DNA from: a virus
Reading direction: 5' to 3' (one strand)
DNA: 64,000 nt
Virus record (IMG/VR): IMGVR_UViG_3300023238_000005
Coordinates: 1 to 64,000 of that record
Below the pieces are notes generated by a model. That model worked only from the letters and a program-made list of their open reading frames with translations, was not told the DNA's origin and made no database searches. Both the position numbers and the translations under genes were made by a program. Below, one piece after another: positions 1 through 10,500 of the stretch. The stretch's first letter is position 1; every line of letters begins with the position of its first letter.

Positions 1-163
1 ATAATCCTTCACCAGTCCCGCCCAAATTAGACACTGTTGTTTGCTCGTCATCACGTAAGTCTAACTCCTCAAAGTTAGCATTTGCTTTAATAAATGCTTC
101 GCGAAGATCATCGCCTGTCCCGTCGTTTGCAACATTACCTATGTTTATTAGTTGTACAGCCAT
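1..163 (-). CDS. Partial structural protein (baseplate/tail fibre, gp9/gp10-like N-terminus); runs off window edge
   Basis: Hand translation from ATG at 163 gives MAVQLINIGNVANDGTGDDLREAFIKANANFEEL, the same N-terminal motif as the 4791 and 7524 ORFs. Confidence 0.8.
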   Translation of the reverse strand, partial: MAVQLINIGNVANDGTGDDLREAFIKANANFEELDLRDDEQTTVSNLGGTGEGL

Positions 164-164
164 T

Positions 165-1730
165 TTAGTTTCCTATTCTAAGTTGAACATTACTATTAAA
201 TTTATTAAATGCATATCTATTAGTACTTCCTAATAAACTACGAGTGTCAGTGTAATCAACGACACTAGCAGTATCATACAGTTTTACAGTTTTAGCACTA
301 GTACTAATAAACGCTTTTGCTTGCGCAGGTGTAGCACCAGGATTTATTTGTAACCATAATGCTAACATGCCTGCTACTTGTGGCGATGCCATACTAGTAC
401 CGCTTATATTATTAATTAAAAAAGTAGCGTCTGCAGGATAAGGATTGTTTAGTGTAGTTGCGCCGAATTTATTAGTAGTACTCATTGCACTCATAATATA
501 TGTGCCAGGAGCATAAATGCTTACACCTGGCCCGCATTCTGAGCTAATAGATTTTTGCTCTAGTCCGCCTGCGTTTACAGTACTATCAACATTGCCTACA
601 ATATGTGCTTCGTCGTCATACGGACTTGATCCTTTTTGGTACTCTACTGATCCTGTGTCTGCTGCAATAAAGTTACTGTAGTCATCGCCGCCTACAACGT
701 CAATCTTATGACTTCTGTTGCCTGCTGCAATTGTAACGTGTACACCAGCATCGATTAATTCTTGTAAGTCAGTATCAACAGATCCGATTCGTACATTAGT
801 AGCATATGTGCCACCGAGGCCTCCACTTATAGGAGGTAGGCCAAATGCCCAGCGTTTTGCTGTTGAATCAATATCTGTGCCTGTCTTTAACACTCCGCGA
901 TATGTAAGATTGATAACAGTATTGTAGTATCTTAAATATCCCCAACTCATATTTACTACTGTAGGACGTTTTACGCCGGTTGTAGGATCTACTGGTTTTG
1001 CAAGATGCCATTCTTTGATGCAATCAAAAGCGTATGTTGTGCTTGTGCCTGTGCCACTGTCGCCTGCACCTTCTAGTCCAGCTAATTTTAAACTATAAAT
1101 TTTAGCATTTTTAGCCCACCCGTATGTTTTGCCTGCGGCTGTACCGGCTACGTGTGTGCCGTGCCCGTCAAAGTCTCTATAATAGTTTGCATTTTGTGCA
1201 GGCATTCCTACAATGCCGCTCTCGGTAGTCCAGTTAATTTGTTGTACACGACTAACTCCGTTTGCATCTTGAAACTCAGGATGGTCTGCTTGTATGCCAC
1301 TGTCCATAATAACAACATCAACCCCTGTGCCGTCTAATGTGTAGTTGTAACCGCCTTCAGCTGCATTTACACCAGTGTACCCATTTGTTGCTTCGTTTAT
1401 ACGTTTCATGCCCCAGTTTAGGAAGTCACCACGGTCTAGTGTAGTTTTAGTAAAATCACCAGTCTGTGTAGCACGAGTTCCTATACCTATGTTTGGGTCT
1501 AATTCAGGTAATAATGTTACAGCATATACTCGTCCGTCATTGCGCAGTGTTTCTGCTTCTGCATCAGTTAAATTATAGTGTGTATTACGTTGCGAAGCAG
1601 GTCGTGCATTAGCAACTGTAACATCACGACTTGGTATTGCTCCTGCTCCAGTCGCAGCAATCATTTCTGCGTTAAATGCAGCGTAGTCTACGCCTCGATT
1701 TAAACTTACAATATATTCTTTTTCGCTCAT
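165..1730 (-). CDS. Subtilisin-like S8 serine protease
   Basis: Catalytic triad motifs VVIMDSGI, HGTHVAG and SGTSMASP; oxyanion AAGN. Confidence 0.93.
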   Translation of the reverse strand: MSEKEYIVSLNRGVDYAAFNAEMIAATGAGAIPSRDVTVANARPASQRNTHYNLTDAEAETLRNDGRVYAVTLLPELDPNIGIGTRATQTGDFTKTTLDRGDFLNWGMKRINEATNGYTGVNAAEGGYNYTLDGTGVDVVIMDSGIQADHPEFQDANGVSRVQQINWTTESGIVGMPAQNANYYRDFDGHGTHVAGTAAGKTYGWAKNAKIYSLKLAGLEGAGDSGTGTSTTYAFDCIKEWHLAKPVDPTTGVKRPTVVNMSWGYLRYYNTVINLTYRGVLKTGTDIDSTAKRWAFGLPPISGGLGGTYATNVRIGSVDTDLQELIDAGVHVTIAAGNRSHKIDVVGGDDYSNFIAADTGSVEYQKGSSPYDDEAHIVGNVDSTVNAGGLEQKSISSECGPGVSIYAPGTYIMSAMSTTNKFGATTLNNPYPADATFLINNISGTSMASPQVAGMLALWLQINPGATPAQAKAFISTSAKTVKLYDTASVVDYTDTRSLLGSTNRYAFNKFNSNVQLRIGN

Positions 1731-1744
1731 TTTATTTTCCTATA

Positions 1745-4720
1745 TTATGCTGCTGCTGCAACTGTTACCCATGCGCCGCCCAAATAAGCAACTAGTGTAT
1801 TTTTACTATTTGTAGCAGGATCCCATCCTGTACCGTCTGCAATAACCATCATTCCGTTTACAGGATTGCTTGGTTCTGCGTTCAATGGTGTTAGTGTCAT
1901 CATATCACTAAACATTGCATAATTTACAGCATCAACCATTAGCGAACTATCATCAGCAAAAACGCTACCGCTAACATCACCTGCTAGTGTACCAGTGTGC
2001 GCACCATTTGCACTACCTGTTAGTGTTCCGTTAACAGTTGCATTATGTATTGTTACTTGTTGCCCGCGAGTGCTGCCAGTAGTACCTATTATAACATCGC
2101 CTGATGATGCTGTTGCATTGATTGCAATATTAGCTACATCAGCGGGATTACCCGGAGCATTAGGTTGAGTTGTCAATTCAATATAATTAATACCGGTTTG
2201 ATCCATTTGGATCTTGCTCATGCCTGCATCATCTGTGCCTGCGTTAATGTTAATAAAGCCATCAACATTAACTGCTAGATCATCTGTAGTGTGATTTTCG
2301 ATAGTTGTTGCTTTAACAAGTGTGCCTGAAATGTTAGCTGATACAATCGGTCCAACAATAGTACCAGACTGTCCATCTATCATTACAGTTGAATCGTCTG
2401 CTACAACACTACCTTTTATATCACCTGTTATACCAGCTTGTGCATTAATATTATTTGTAATTGGTCCAAAGAATCTAATATAGTCTGCTGTTAAGTTAAC
2501 ATATCTATTAGTTCCCTGCGGCCCAATACTAATTGCATTGCCGTCACCTGTAGCAGTAGTAATTGATATACTATCGTCTGCTGTAATTTCTCCTGCAATT
2601 AGTGCTGGTAAATTAACTGTACCGTTGATAGTAGTTGTACTACCTGCGTTACCGATTGCAATCGTTGTTGCAGTTGCCGCACCAACTGTTAGTATAGTGT
2701 TATCAATGTTACCTGTTACATCTCCAGTAAGATTACCAACAACGTTTCCGTTTAGTGTAGCATTAAAAGTTCCGTTAATTGTAGTTGTATTACCTACCTT
2801 ACCAATAGTGACATTACCAGTAGTTGCACCAGTACCAATGGCTACTGTTCCAGTAGCAGCACCATTAATGCTAACACCAGCAGTTGAAGTAATACTAATA
2901 CCACTGTTGCTTACTGATACATCACCCGACGATACGTCTCCTAGTGATACTGTTCCGCCTGTGCCTCTGTAAATATTTAAATTTGCACTTGCTCTACCTT
3001 GTACTGTTGTTGTAACTACTTCTGTGTTATCAATATCACCAACAATCTTGTTGTTAACACCATCTACTAATACAGTCGAATCGTCTCCGAACACAGTACC
3101 GGTCATGTCACTAGTAATACTTGGTGCAGTGATTGAGCCTGTAACTTCTAAATTTCCATCTACTTTTACTTTACCTGCTGGTAACAATTCAATATCAGTT
3201 GTAACACTTACAACTTGTACAATTCCGTTGCCGCCCATTGTAAGTGTGCCAGTTGCAGTAACATTACCGTCTGTCATTACAAGATCATCAGTTGATACTG
3301 ATAAACTTCCTACAACATAATTAGCTTCAAGTCTATTAGCAAGGAAACTAGCATCGTCAGTAACTATCCATTTGCCACCAAAGTTTTCTGTCCATACTAA
3401 GGATCTATTAGCACTACTGCCACGTTCAATCTCAATACCCGAAGTAGTTAGTGTAACACCTGCACCAGTTTCGCCTTTGTTTAGTGTAATAACATTGTCA
3501 GTAATATCTGTGTTCGTTGTTTCGATACTTGTAGTTGTACCAGTAATGGTTAAGTCACCGGCAATTACAACATCATTAAAGTTTGATGTTCCTGTTGTAG
3601 CTACTACATTACCGTTAACGTCGCGCCACGCACTGCCTTGATACATCTGTAGGCGGCTAGTTGTGGTGTTGTAGATTACATCACCTTCTTGTGCACCGAT
3701 TGCCAGTTGCTCAGTACCGGACACACTTGCAAATCTAAACGGAACTCCACCATCAATTTTAACTCTGTTGCCTGCTGTAATTTCTAAATCAGTTGTAGCA
3801 GTTAATTGAGCAACACCTATTGCTTCGCTTAAATTTACTGCGCCTGTAGCAACATTACTTGCATTAACGGTTACAAAATTTGCTTCGTTAAATGGCAATG
3901 CTGCTGTACCTACACTGCCGCCTTGTGCAAACTGAGGAGTAATATCTTCAAGAACTCTAGTTAATCCTATTTCTAAAGTTCCTCCGTTTGAAGGAAGAAT
4001 AACAATACTATCGCCTTCGATAAATCCAGACGTTGTGCCAAAGTCAATATCGCCTACAATTTTACCTGCGACAGCATCTACTAATAGCGTACTGTCATCA
4101 GCAAACACACTACCTTGTATGTCTGTTACAAACTGTTGTCCTTCGTCAAACAATCCAGCTAATTGTGTATCTAAATCAACAGCTCTTAAATATCCTATGT
4201 CGTCTGTAAATTCTGAAAGGAACGTTGGTGCACCTTGCAGTGCAGCATAGCTTATTTTACCAGTTGTTGCATCAAACACAATTTCTTCGTTAAATGAAAC
4301 TAAATTACCTTTTAGTGTACTAGCTACTACTTCATTAAATTTCTTAGCCTCTGTACCTACATAACCTATGTTGTCAGTAGTTGGAACAATTCTATTATCA
4401 ACAGTAATAGTATCAATTTCAATATTACCTAGGTCGCTTAGTGGTCTATATTCTAGTCCAGTACCGTCTGCTTTAACTTTTACAAAGTAGTTTGGAGAAC
4501 CGACAAACGTACTTGGTGTATCTGTTAGATCATTAAATGCTTGTGCAACTAGTCTGTTGCCGTTAACTTTTATGTCAGCGGCATCAATGGTACCTAGTGC
4601 AGTTATGTTCTGCACACCTGTGATACTATTGTCCGTAAGATTTAAATTATCTCCAGCTTGGATTTCTTTAATCTTGTTGTTGTCCGTTGTATCAAGTACT
4701 AGGGGAAATCTATTGGCCAT
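1745..4720 (-). CDS. Tail-fibre-like structural protein
   Basis: G/T/N-rich beta-type composition, four GSVFADDS-type repeats, located in the structural block. Confidence 0.7.
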   Translation of the reverse strand: MANRFPLVLDTTDNNKIKEIQAGDNLNLTDNSITGVQNITALGTIDAADIKVNGNRLVAQAFNDLTDTPSTFVGSPNYFVKVKADGTGLEYRPLSDLGNIEIDTITVDNRIVPTTDNIGYVGTEAKKFNEVVASTLKGNLVSFNEEIVFDATTGKISYAALQGAPTFLSEFTDDIGYLRAVDLDTQLAGLFDEGQQFVTDIQGSVFADDSTLLVDAVAGKIVGDIDFGTTSGFIEGDSIVILPSNGGTLEIGLTRVLEDITPQFAQGGSVGTAALPFNEANFVTVNASNVATGAVNLSEAIGVAQLTATTDLEITAGNRVKIDGGVPFRFASVSGTEQLAIGAQEGDVIYNTTTSRLQMYQGSAWRDVNGNVVATTGTSNFNDVVIAGDLTITGTTTSIETTNTDITDNVITLNKGETGAGVTLTTSGIEIERGSSANRSLVWTENFGGKWIVTDDASFLANRLEANYVVGSLSVSTDDLVMTDGNVTATGTLTMGGNGIVQVVSVTTDIELLPAGKVKVDGNLEVTGSITAPSITSDMTGTVFGDDSTVLVDGVNNKIVGDIDNTEVVTTTVQGRASANLNIYRGTGGTVSLGDVSSGDVSVSNSGISITSTAGVSINGAATGTVAIGTGATTGNVTIGKVGNTTTINGTFNATLNGNVVGNLTGDVTGNIDNTILTVGAATATTIAIGNAGSTTTINGTVNLPALIAGEITADDSISITTATGDGNAISIGPQGTNRYVNLTADYIRFFGPITNNINAQAGITGDIKGSVVADDSTVMIDGQSGTIVGPIVSANISGTLVKATTIENHTTDDLAVNVDGFININAGTDDAGMSKIQMDQTGINYIELTTQPNAPGNPADVANIAINATASSGDVIIGTTGSTRGQQVTIHNATVNGTLTGSANGAHTGTLAGDVSGSVFADDSSLMVDAVNYAMFSDMMTLTPLNAEPSNPVNGMMVIADGTGWDPATNSKNTLVAYLGGAWVTVAAAA

Positions 4721-4790
4721 TCTCATCTATCCTATTGTTATACATATTTATCGTATCCGCTCGAAGTATTATAGTGCTGCTATTCTTGCT

Positions 4791-7391
4791 TTAAATTCCT
4801 GTATTACCGTTAAGCGCATATATTGCAGCAGCAAGTCTATTTATTGCGTCAGTTATCTCTGCAGGATTAGGATCAGCCCAATGTGCATCTGTGCTTACTG
4901 CAAAATCTTGTGTATATGATGCTAATCTATCTAGCGCAACATCTACTGTTGAAGGCGTACTGCCGTCCCATACTACTCCTGCGTTTGCAGGATATGGTAT
5001 TGACGCATTGTGTGTAATCTCGCCTGTTCCAGCATTGTAACCAAGTATGGTTGTCATTGTAGCACTTCTAATTGGTTTAACTACAAAACTATCTTCTACT
5101 GCATTTTCTAATGGATTATCTGTTGCATTTAATATAATACTGCGAGCCGCTTGGTTGGTTTTACCTGCTTCTTTTCCGATTGCAATACTGTCTTGGCCTT
5201 GATTAGTATAGCCTGCTTGGTATCCAATTGCAATTGCTTCGTTTGCTTGATCAGTTCGGCCTGCCCACTTACCAACAGCAATACCGTGAGTGTCTTGCCC
5301 AGTTTCACCTGCTTGACTACCTATTGCAACACCACCAAGCCCTTGGTTAATATTACCAGCGTTTGCTCCAATGGCTATAGCCTGTTCATCTTGTACAAAT
5401 TTTCCAGCACCATGACCTAGAGCGACTGTGAAGCCTTGTTGTCCATATGCTCCAGCACCGCCACCAATTCCAACAGCAAAATTAAATTGTTGAGCGTTGA
5501 AAGTTAAAATTCCTGATGGAGTACTGAGTGACGAGTATTCGATTGTTAGTGTTGTACCATTGTCTACACTAAGTACTCGTGGTCGCATCGCCACTGTGGC
5601 TGAAAATCCTGTTCCACTTATTCTAGCACCAACGAAAATGCCAGTAGTATCATCAACTATTAATGTTGTGTCAAATTCTCCACCACTCACATATGTTGCC
5701 GTTGTAGTACCGCCTACGCCAGCCTGTCTACCAATTGCTATTGCATCAACGCCTTGCCCAGTTTCACCTGCTTGACTACCAATTGCTATTGCATCACTAC
5801 CTTGTGTTGTTTGACCTGCATTTGCACCTATGGCTACAGTTGCAGCACCTTGATCTGTTTTTCCTGCCAGATCACCAACTGCTACCGCTTGTCCGCCTTG
5901 ATTAGAATTACCTGAGCTCCTACCAACAGCAATGCTATATATACCTTGTGATGTTTCGCCTGCTTGGTAACCGATGGCTACTGCTTTAGTACCCTGAGTA
6001 TCATCTGCTGCGTTCATACCAAGTGCAATGCCATATGCACCTTGATTTGTGTTACCGGCACTATCACCAATTGCTACTGCGCTTAAACCTTGATTAGTCT
6101 TTCCAGATTGGAAGCCAATTGCTACAGCTCGTGCGCTTTGAGTATTATCTGCTGCATTCATTCCAATTGCTACCGCTTCTGCGCCTTGATCGGTTCTGCC
6201 TGCATCTTCTCCAATTGCTACTGCGTCAATACCCTGGTTTTCGCCTCCAGCAAATGGTCCATATGCTACTGCCTTTGTGCCTTGGTTGATAGCGCCTGCA
6301 TTATATCCAACTGCTGTTGCACCAACACCTTGGCCTGTCCACGCTGCGTCAGTGCCAATTGCTACTGATTGTGTGCCTTGGGTTGTTTTACCTGCATTTT
6401 TACCGATTGCTACTGATTCTGTGCCTTGGGTTGCTTGGCCGGCGTCTTGTCCAATTGCTACCGAGGAAGCACCTTGAGTAGTTAAACCGGTTTGTACACC
6501 AATTGCTACTGCGTCGAGGCCTTGATTGGTGTTACCGGCATTTGGACCAATTGCTATTGCACTTGCACCTTGAGTTGTTTGACCTGCTGTGTAGCCGATG
6601 CTGATTGCAGCTTGGCCTTGGTTAGCATCGCCTGCACCAAATCCAAGTGCAATGCCATATGCACCTTGATTAGTAAAGCCTGCACTATTGCCTAATGCTA
6701 TATTATTGTCGCTTGTTCTTAAACTTGCTGTATCTACTGTGCCAACAATCTTACCAGCAACTCCATCTACTAGTAATGTACTATCATCTGCAAATAAACT
6801 ACCTGTTAGATCACCGTCTAATGTATTAACAGCAGATATTGCTGAATCAACTTCTGTCTTTGTATATGTTGTTGTTTGTGGAGCGTATCCACCGGCTGTG
6901 TGATTGCCCCAACCAAATGCTGTATCCCAGTTTGCACTATCTTCAATGTTTGCTTTAGGTATTGTGTTGTTAACACCATCAACTAGTAGTGTACTATCAT
7001 CACCAAACACACTACCTGTTATGTCACCGTCATGCACTGTGCCAGGTGCCATAGCATCAGTAATGCCGTAGCCTGCAAGTGTTGTTGGTGTACTTGTTAC
7101 ACCTGTCCATGCTACTGTAGTTGCTGTGTCAGCATTGCCAGTTGTGTTGTTGCTTAGTGTTCCACTAATAACACTTGCAGGTATTAAATTGTTAACACCA
7201 TCGACTAGTAGTGTTGAATCATCACCAAATATACTTCCTACAACATCTGTTGTAACATTTCCATCCTCTAGTGCTTCAACACGAGGATATAGTTCTGTAA
7301 AGTTATCATTTACTTTGTCAAATGCTGTGCGCAACGGATCGCCGTCACCTTTGTTTGCACTGGTTCCTAAATTAACGGTTTGTTTGGCCAC
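4791..7391 (-). CDS. Tail fibre/adhesin with baseplate-attachment N-terminus and YadA-head-like 16-aa repeats
   Basis: N-terminus MAKQTVNLGTSANKGDGDPLRTAFDKVNDNF; long run of AxAIGxxAGxTxQG repeats. Confidence 0.8.
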   Translation of the reverse strand: MAKQTVNLGTSANKGDGDPLRTAFDKVNDNFTELYPRVEALEDGNVTTDVVGSIFGDDSTLLVDGVNNLIPASVISGTLSNNTTGNADTATTVAWTGVTSTPTTLAGYGITDAMAPGTVHDGDITGSVFGDDSTLLVDGVNNTIPKANIEDSANWDTAFGWGNHTAGGYAPQTTTYTKTEVDSAISAVNTLDGDLTGSLFADDSTLLVDGVAGKIVGTVDTASLRTSDNNIALGNSAGFTNQGAYGIALGFGAGDANQGQAAISIGYTAGQTTQGASAIAIGPNAGNTNQGLDAVAIGVQTGLTTQGASSVAIGQDAGQATQGTESVAIGKNAGKTTQGTQSVAIGTDAAWTGQGVGATAVGYNAGAINQGTKAVAYGPFAGGENQGIDAVAIGEDAGRTDQGAEAVAIGMNAADNTQSARAVAIGFQSGKTNQGLSAVAIGDSAGNTNQGAYGIALGMNAADDTQGTKAVAIGYQAGETSQGIYSIAVGRSSGNSNQGGQAVAVGDLAGKTDQGAATVAIGANAGQTTQGSDAIAIGSQAGETGQGVDAIAIGRQAGVGGTTTATYVSGGEFDTTLIVDDTTGIFVGARISGTGFSATVAMRPRVLSVDNGTTLTIEYSSLSTPSGILTFNAQQFNFAVGIGGGAGAYGQQGFTVALGHGAGKFVQDEQAIAIGANAGNINQGLGGVAIGSQAGETGQDTHGIAVGKWAGRTDQANEAIAIGYQAGYTNQGQDSIAIGKEAGKTNQAARSIILNATDNPLENAVEDSFVVKPIRSATMTTILGYNAGTGEITHNASIPYPANAGVVWDGSTPSTVDVALDRLASYTQDFAVSTDAHWADPNPAEITDAINRLAAAIYALNGNTGI

Positions 7392-7524
7392 GGTCAGCTC
7401 CTTTGTTTACTTGTATTCTTAGTTTACCCGCAGTATGGACAACTTGCCTACCCTGCGGATTTTTTTGATCTACACTAGTTTTTGCACCAGCTTTAATTAG
7501 TTTGTCTACTGCTTTCTTATCCAT
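7372..7524 (-). CDS. Small basic hypothetical protein (50 aa)
   Basis: Hand translation MDKKAVDKLIKAGAKTSVDQKNPQGRQ...; start overlaps the upstream stop and the ORF fills the gap between fibre genes. Confidence 0.6.
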   Translation of the reverse strand: MDKKAVDKLIKAGAKTSVDQKNPQGRQVVHTAGKLRIQVNKGADRGQTNR

Positions 7525-10500
7525 TAGTGCTTTCCTACTACAACTTCAACTGTACCGCGTTCGCCGTCTAGTTTAGTTCCAAGTGCTTTACCAATAACAC
7601 TACCAACTGCTGGAGTGTTGTTAACAATTGCATATCCTGGAACATTACTTGCTACTAGCATATCGCCTTTGGCAACCTTGCCAATTACGTTACAAGGTAC
7701 ACGCCCTTGTAGTGCTACTGCAACAACGTTTGCGCCTTCACAGTGTGAATTCATTAAGTGTGCTGGGTTAGTAGATACAACGCCTGCTACACGATGTGTA
7801 CCGTGTGTTGTGCTTTGTGTAACTTCAGCCTCACCGCCAAACTCAATAACTGTGCCAGGAGCATACTCTGCGTCAGCTAAGTAATTCTCTGCTAAGTCAG
7901 CGTAGTATGATTCAGTAGCAGTACCACGGAATGTTGTTGCATACACATCTTTGTACTTTTTAGTTGCACTACCAATATCATATGTGTTATCAGTGTCTGG
8001 TATCATTCCAATTGAGCTAAAGATAGCAGGAGCAACACTTGAACTAGATGCAGCGTTAGCAGTAATAATACCTACTTGTCCAACTGTAGTTTTACCTGTA
8101 TTAGCACCAATTGCAATAGCTGTACTTGCTGCACCTTTTTCACCTGGAGCTTCAATAAAGCTTGAATACATCCAATCAACACCTAGTGTCTTTTCACCAG
8201 TAAATGTTGACACACTTTGTAGAATACTTTCGCTTATTGCAGTGCCGCCAATTCCTACACTACCTTTTACTAGCATGTCTGGGAATGTTGGAGCTACATA
8301 TCCTGGATTACCTAATGTTCCAGTTCCTGCACTACCGCCACCTGCTGTAAATATTGTACCTTGTGCTGGAGTTTTAACTTGTAGTGTTAGCGTGTCTAAA
8401 CTTAATACTTCGTAACTTGCATCACCGCCTAATATAAGTGAGTTAGCTTGTATCTTACCGTTAACATCTGTTTTAACAATACTATTAACTTCACCTGTAG
8501 TAGACACATTACTAATACCATATGTGCCAGCCCCAGTTTTAATTAGTGCTTCACCTGGATCATCCGCTACTAATATTTCAGTAACAAAGTCTCCGTCTGC
8601 TAAACCTAATCCTTCATCAACTACTGTAGCAAATGATATTGCCGTAACTGCTCCAGTGCCGTCTGCACTTCTACCAAGTACTGTATCAGTTGCAATAGAT
8701 TCAATATCTGCTAGATTTGCACTTCCTGTTTTAACTGTAACCCAGCCATCAGTAATAGTAAATTTACCACTATCAAAACTTGCACTACCTAAATCACTTT
8801 GACTAATACCTGTTGCATCTGCTCTAGTTGTTGCTGCTTCTAGATTTAGTTTACTTTGCAAGATATTTGCAGTACCAGACACATCGCTATTAACAATTGA
8901 CCCTGGATTAATTTGTAAATTTAATTGTGTATAACGAGTTGACAATCCTGCGTTAACTCTTACAGTATCTATTAAAATATCACTTGCTGGATTTGCTACA
9001 CCGTTGGCCCATTCATCAATTGGTCCATCTATTACGTTACCCTGTTTGCCGCCTGACGCGGTAAGTACGTCAGCTGCTGGGCCGTCTGCTGGCTTCCCGT
9101 CACTAAACACACCTGTTAATACTTCGTATGTTACTTCGCAAATATTACCTTCAATGCCAACTAGTCCGTCGACATAATCAACAACTGTACCAGTTGCTCC
9201 TGATATTGATCCTGTAATAACATCACCGATAGCAAGTGCGCCGCCGACTATACTGCCTGCACTAAGAATTAATTTCTTATTTCCTGTAGATACCAAAATC
9301 TGATTTGCTGCAATGTTGTTATATTCAACACTACGTAAATCTTTAATTTCATCATTGCCGCCACGTCCGTCATCGACATATGCTTTGGTTGCTGCATCAG
9401 CTAAGTTTACCGGAGCTGATATGTTAGTAATTGTATTGCCAGCGGCGTTCAAATCATCTGTCATTGGTACTGCGCCGTTTGGAGCAAGTACACCAGGTCC
9501 TAATTTATTACTAACTGGCGCACCAGTTACATCGTAGCCTAAGCGTCTGTTAACATAACCACGTACAGCACTTTCTGTTGGTACTGTATCCGAAGCATTG
9601 TCTACCATCGCTGTGTCTGTACTAAATTCAGTAATAACAACACCACGCTTAAAGCCTAGTCCGTCTACGTCACTAAGTGCAAGTGATGCACTAAATGTAA
9701 CTGTACCTGTGCCTTGGTCTACACTAAAGAATCTACCAACTCTAAAGATACCATTTTGGTCTGTACTCACATAGAACACACGACCTTTGCCTACTTCTCT
9801 TACTTCGTTAGCTTCTTTCTTCTCACCTGGCTCACCAAAGATAACATTTGGATAGTTACTTGAGTTAAATCCGCCTGTACCAATGTCTAAGAAGTCATGT
9901 GACGTAGCACGACATGTACTAATGTTAACTGTAACTTGTGCAGTTGCACCTGCTTTAAGTCCTGCTCTAATTGTAACAAGTTCTGAACCTAGTACTGCTG
10001 TGGCTGCAAGGCCTGTTGCGTCTGTTTGGTTAATTGTATCATAGTCAACTAAGTCAACAATAGCGTATACATTATCTTCACTTGGTTCAACTACAGTATT
10101 AGTAGCGTCAACACCACGATAGTTAAACGCATAATGCTTTTTACCGGCCCATGTAATAATTGGAGCTTCTATTGTTAAACTATCTGCTGTTGATCCTGCA
10201 GGTCTATTATTAGCAGGTGTTCTTGCATTGTTATTAAGTCTAAAGATTTCATTGTCATCTGCTAGTTTAATTGCTAGTACAACATCTCCTGCTGTGTTAC
10301 CTTTTGTAGTACCTGTACTTGATAATGGTGTTTCTTGTGCTTTAGCAGGATCTACTGTTAATCTGATAAAATCGTATGTACTGTCTAGTCCTGCTTGTGA
10401 AGTGTTAGCAGGCAACTCAGTACCTAAACTATCACTTGTTAAGAAACTAATACTTCTATAAACAAAGCCTGGGTTCTCATCAAACGTTAATGCTGTACTT

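Noticed and set aside
5140-6710. 48-bp periodic repeats as a possible CRISPR array
   Set aside because: Degenerate in-frame coding repeats with no invariant repeat and unique spacer structure.
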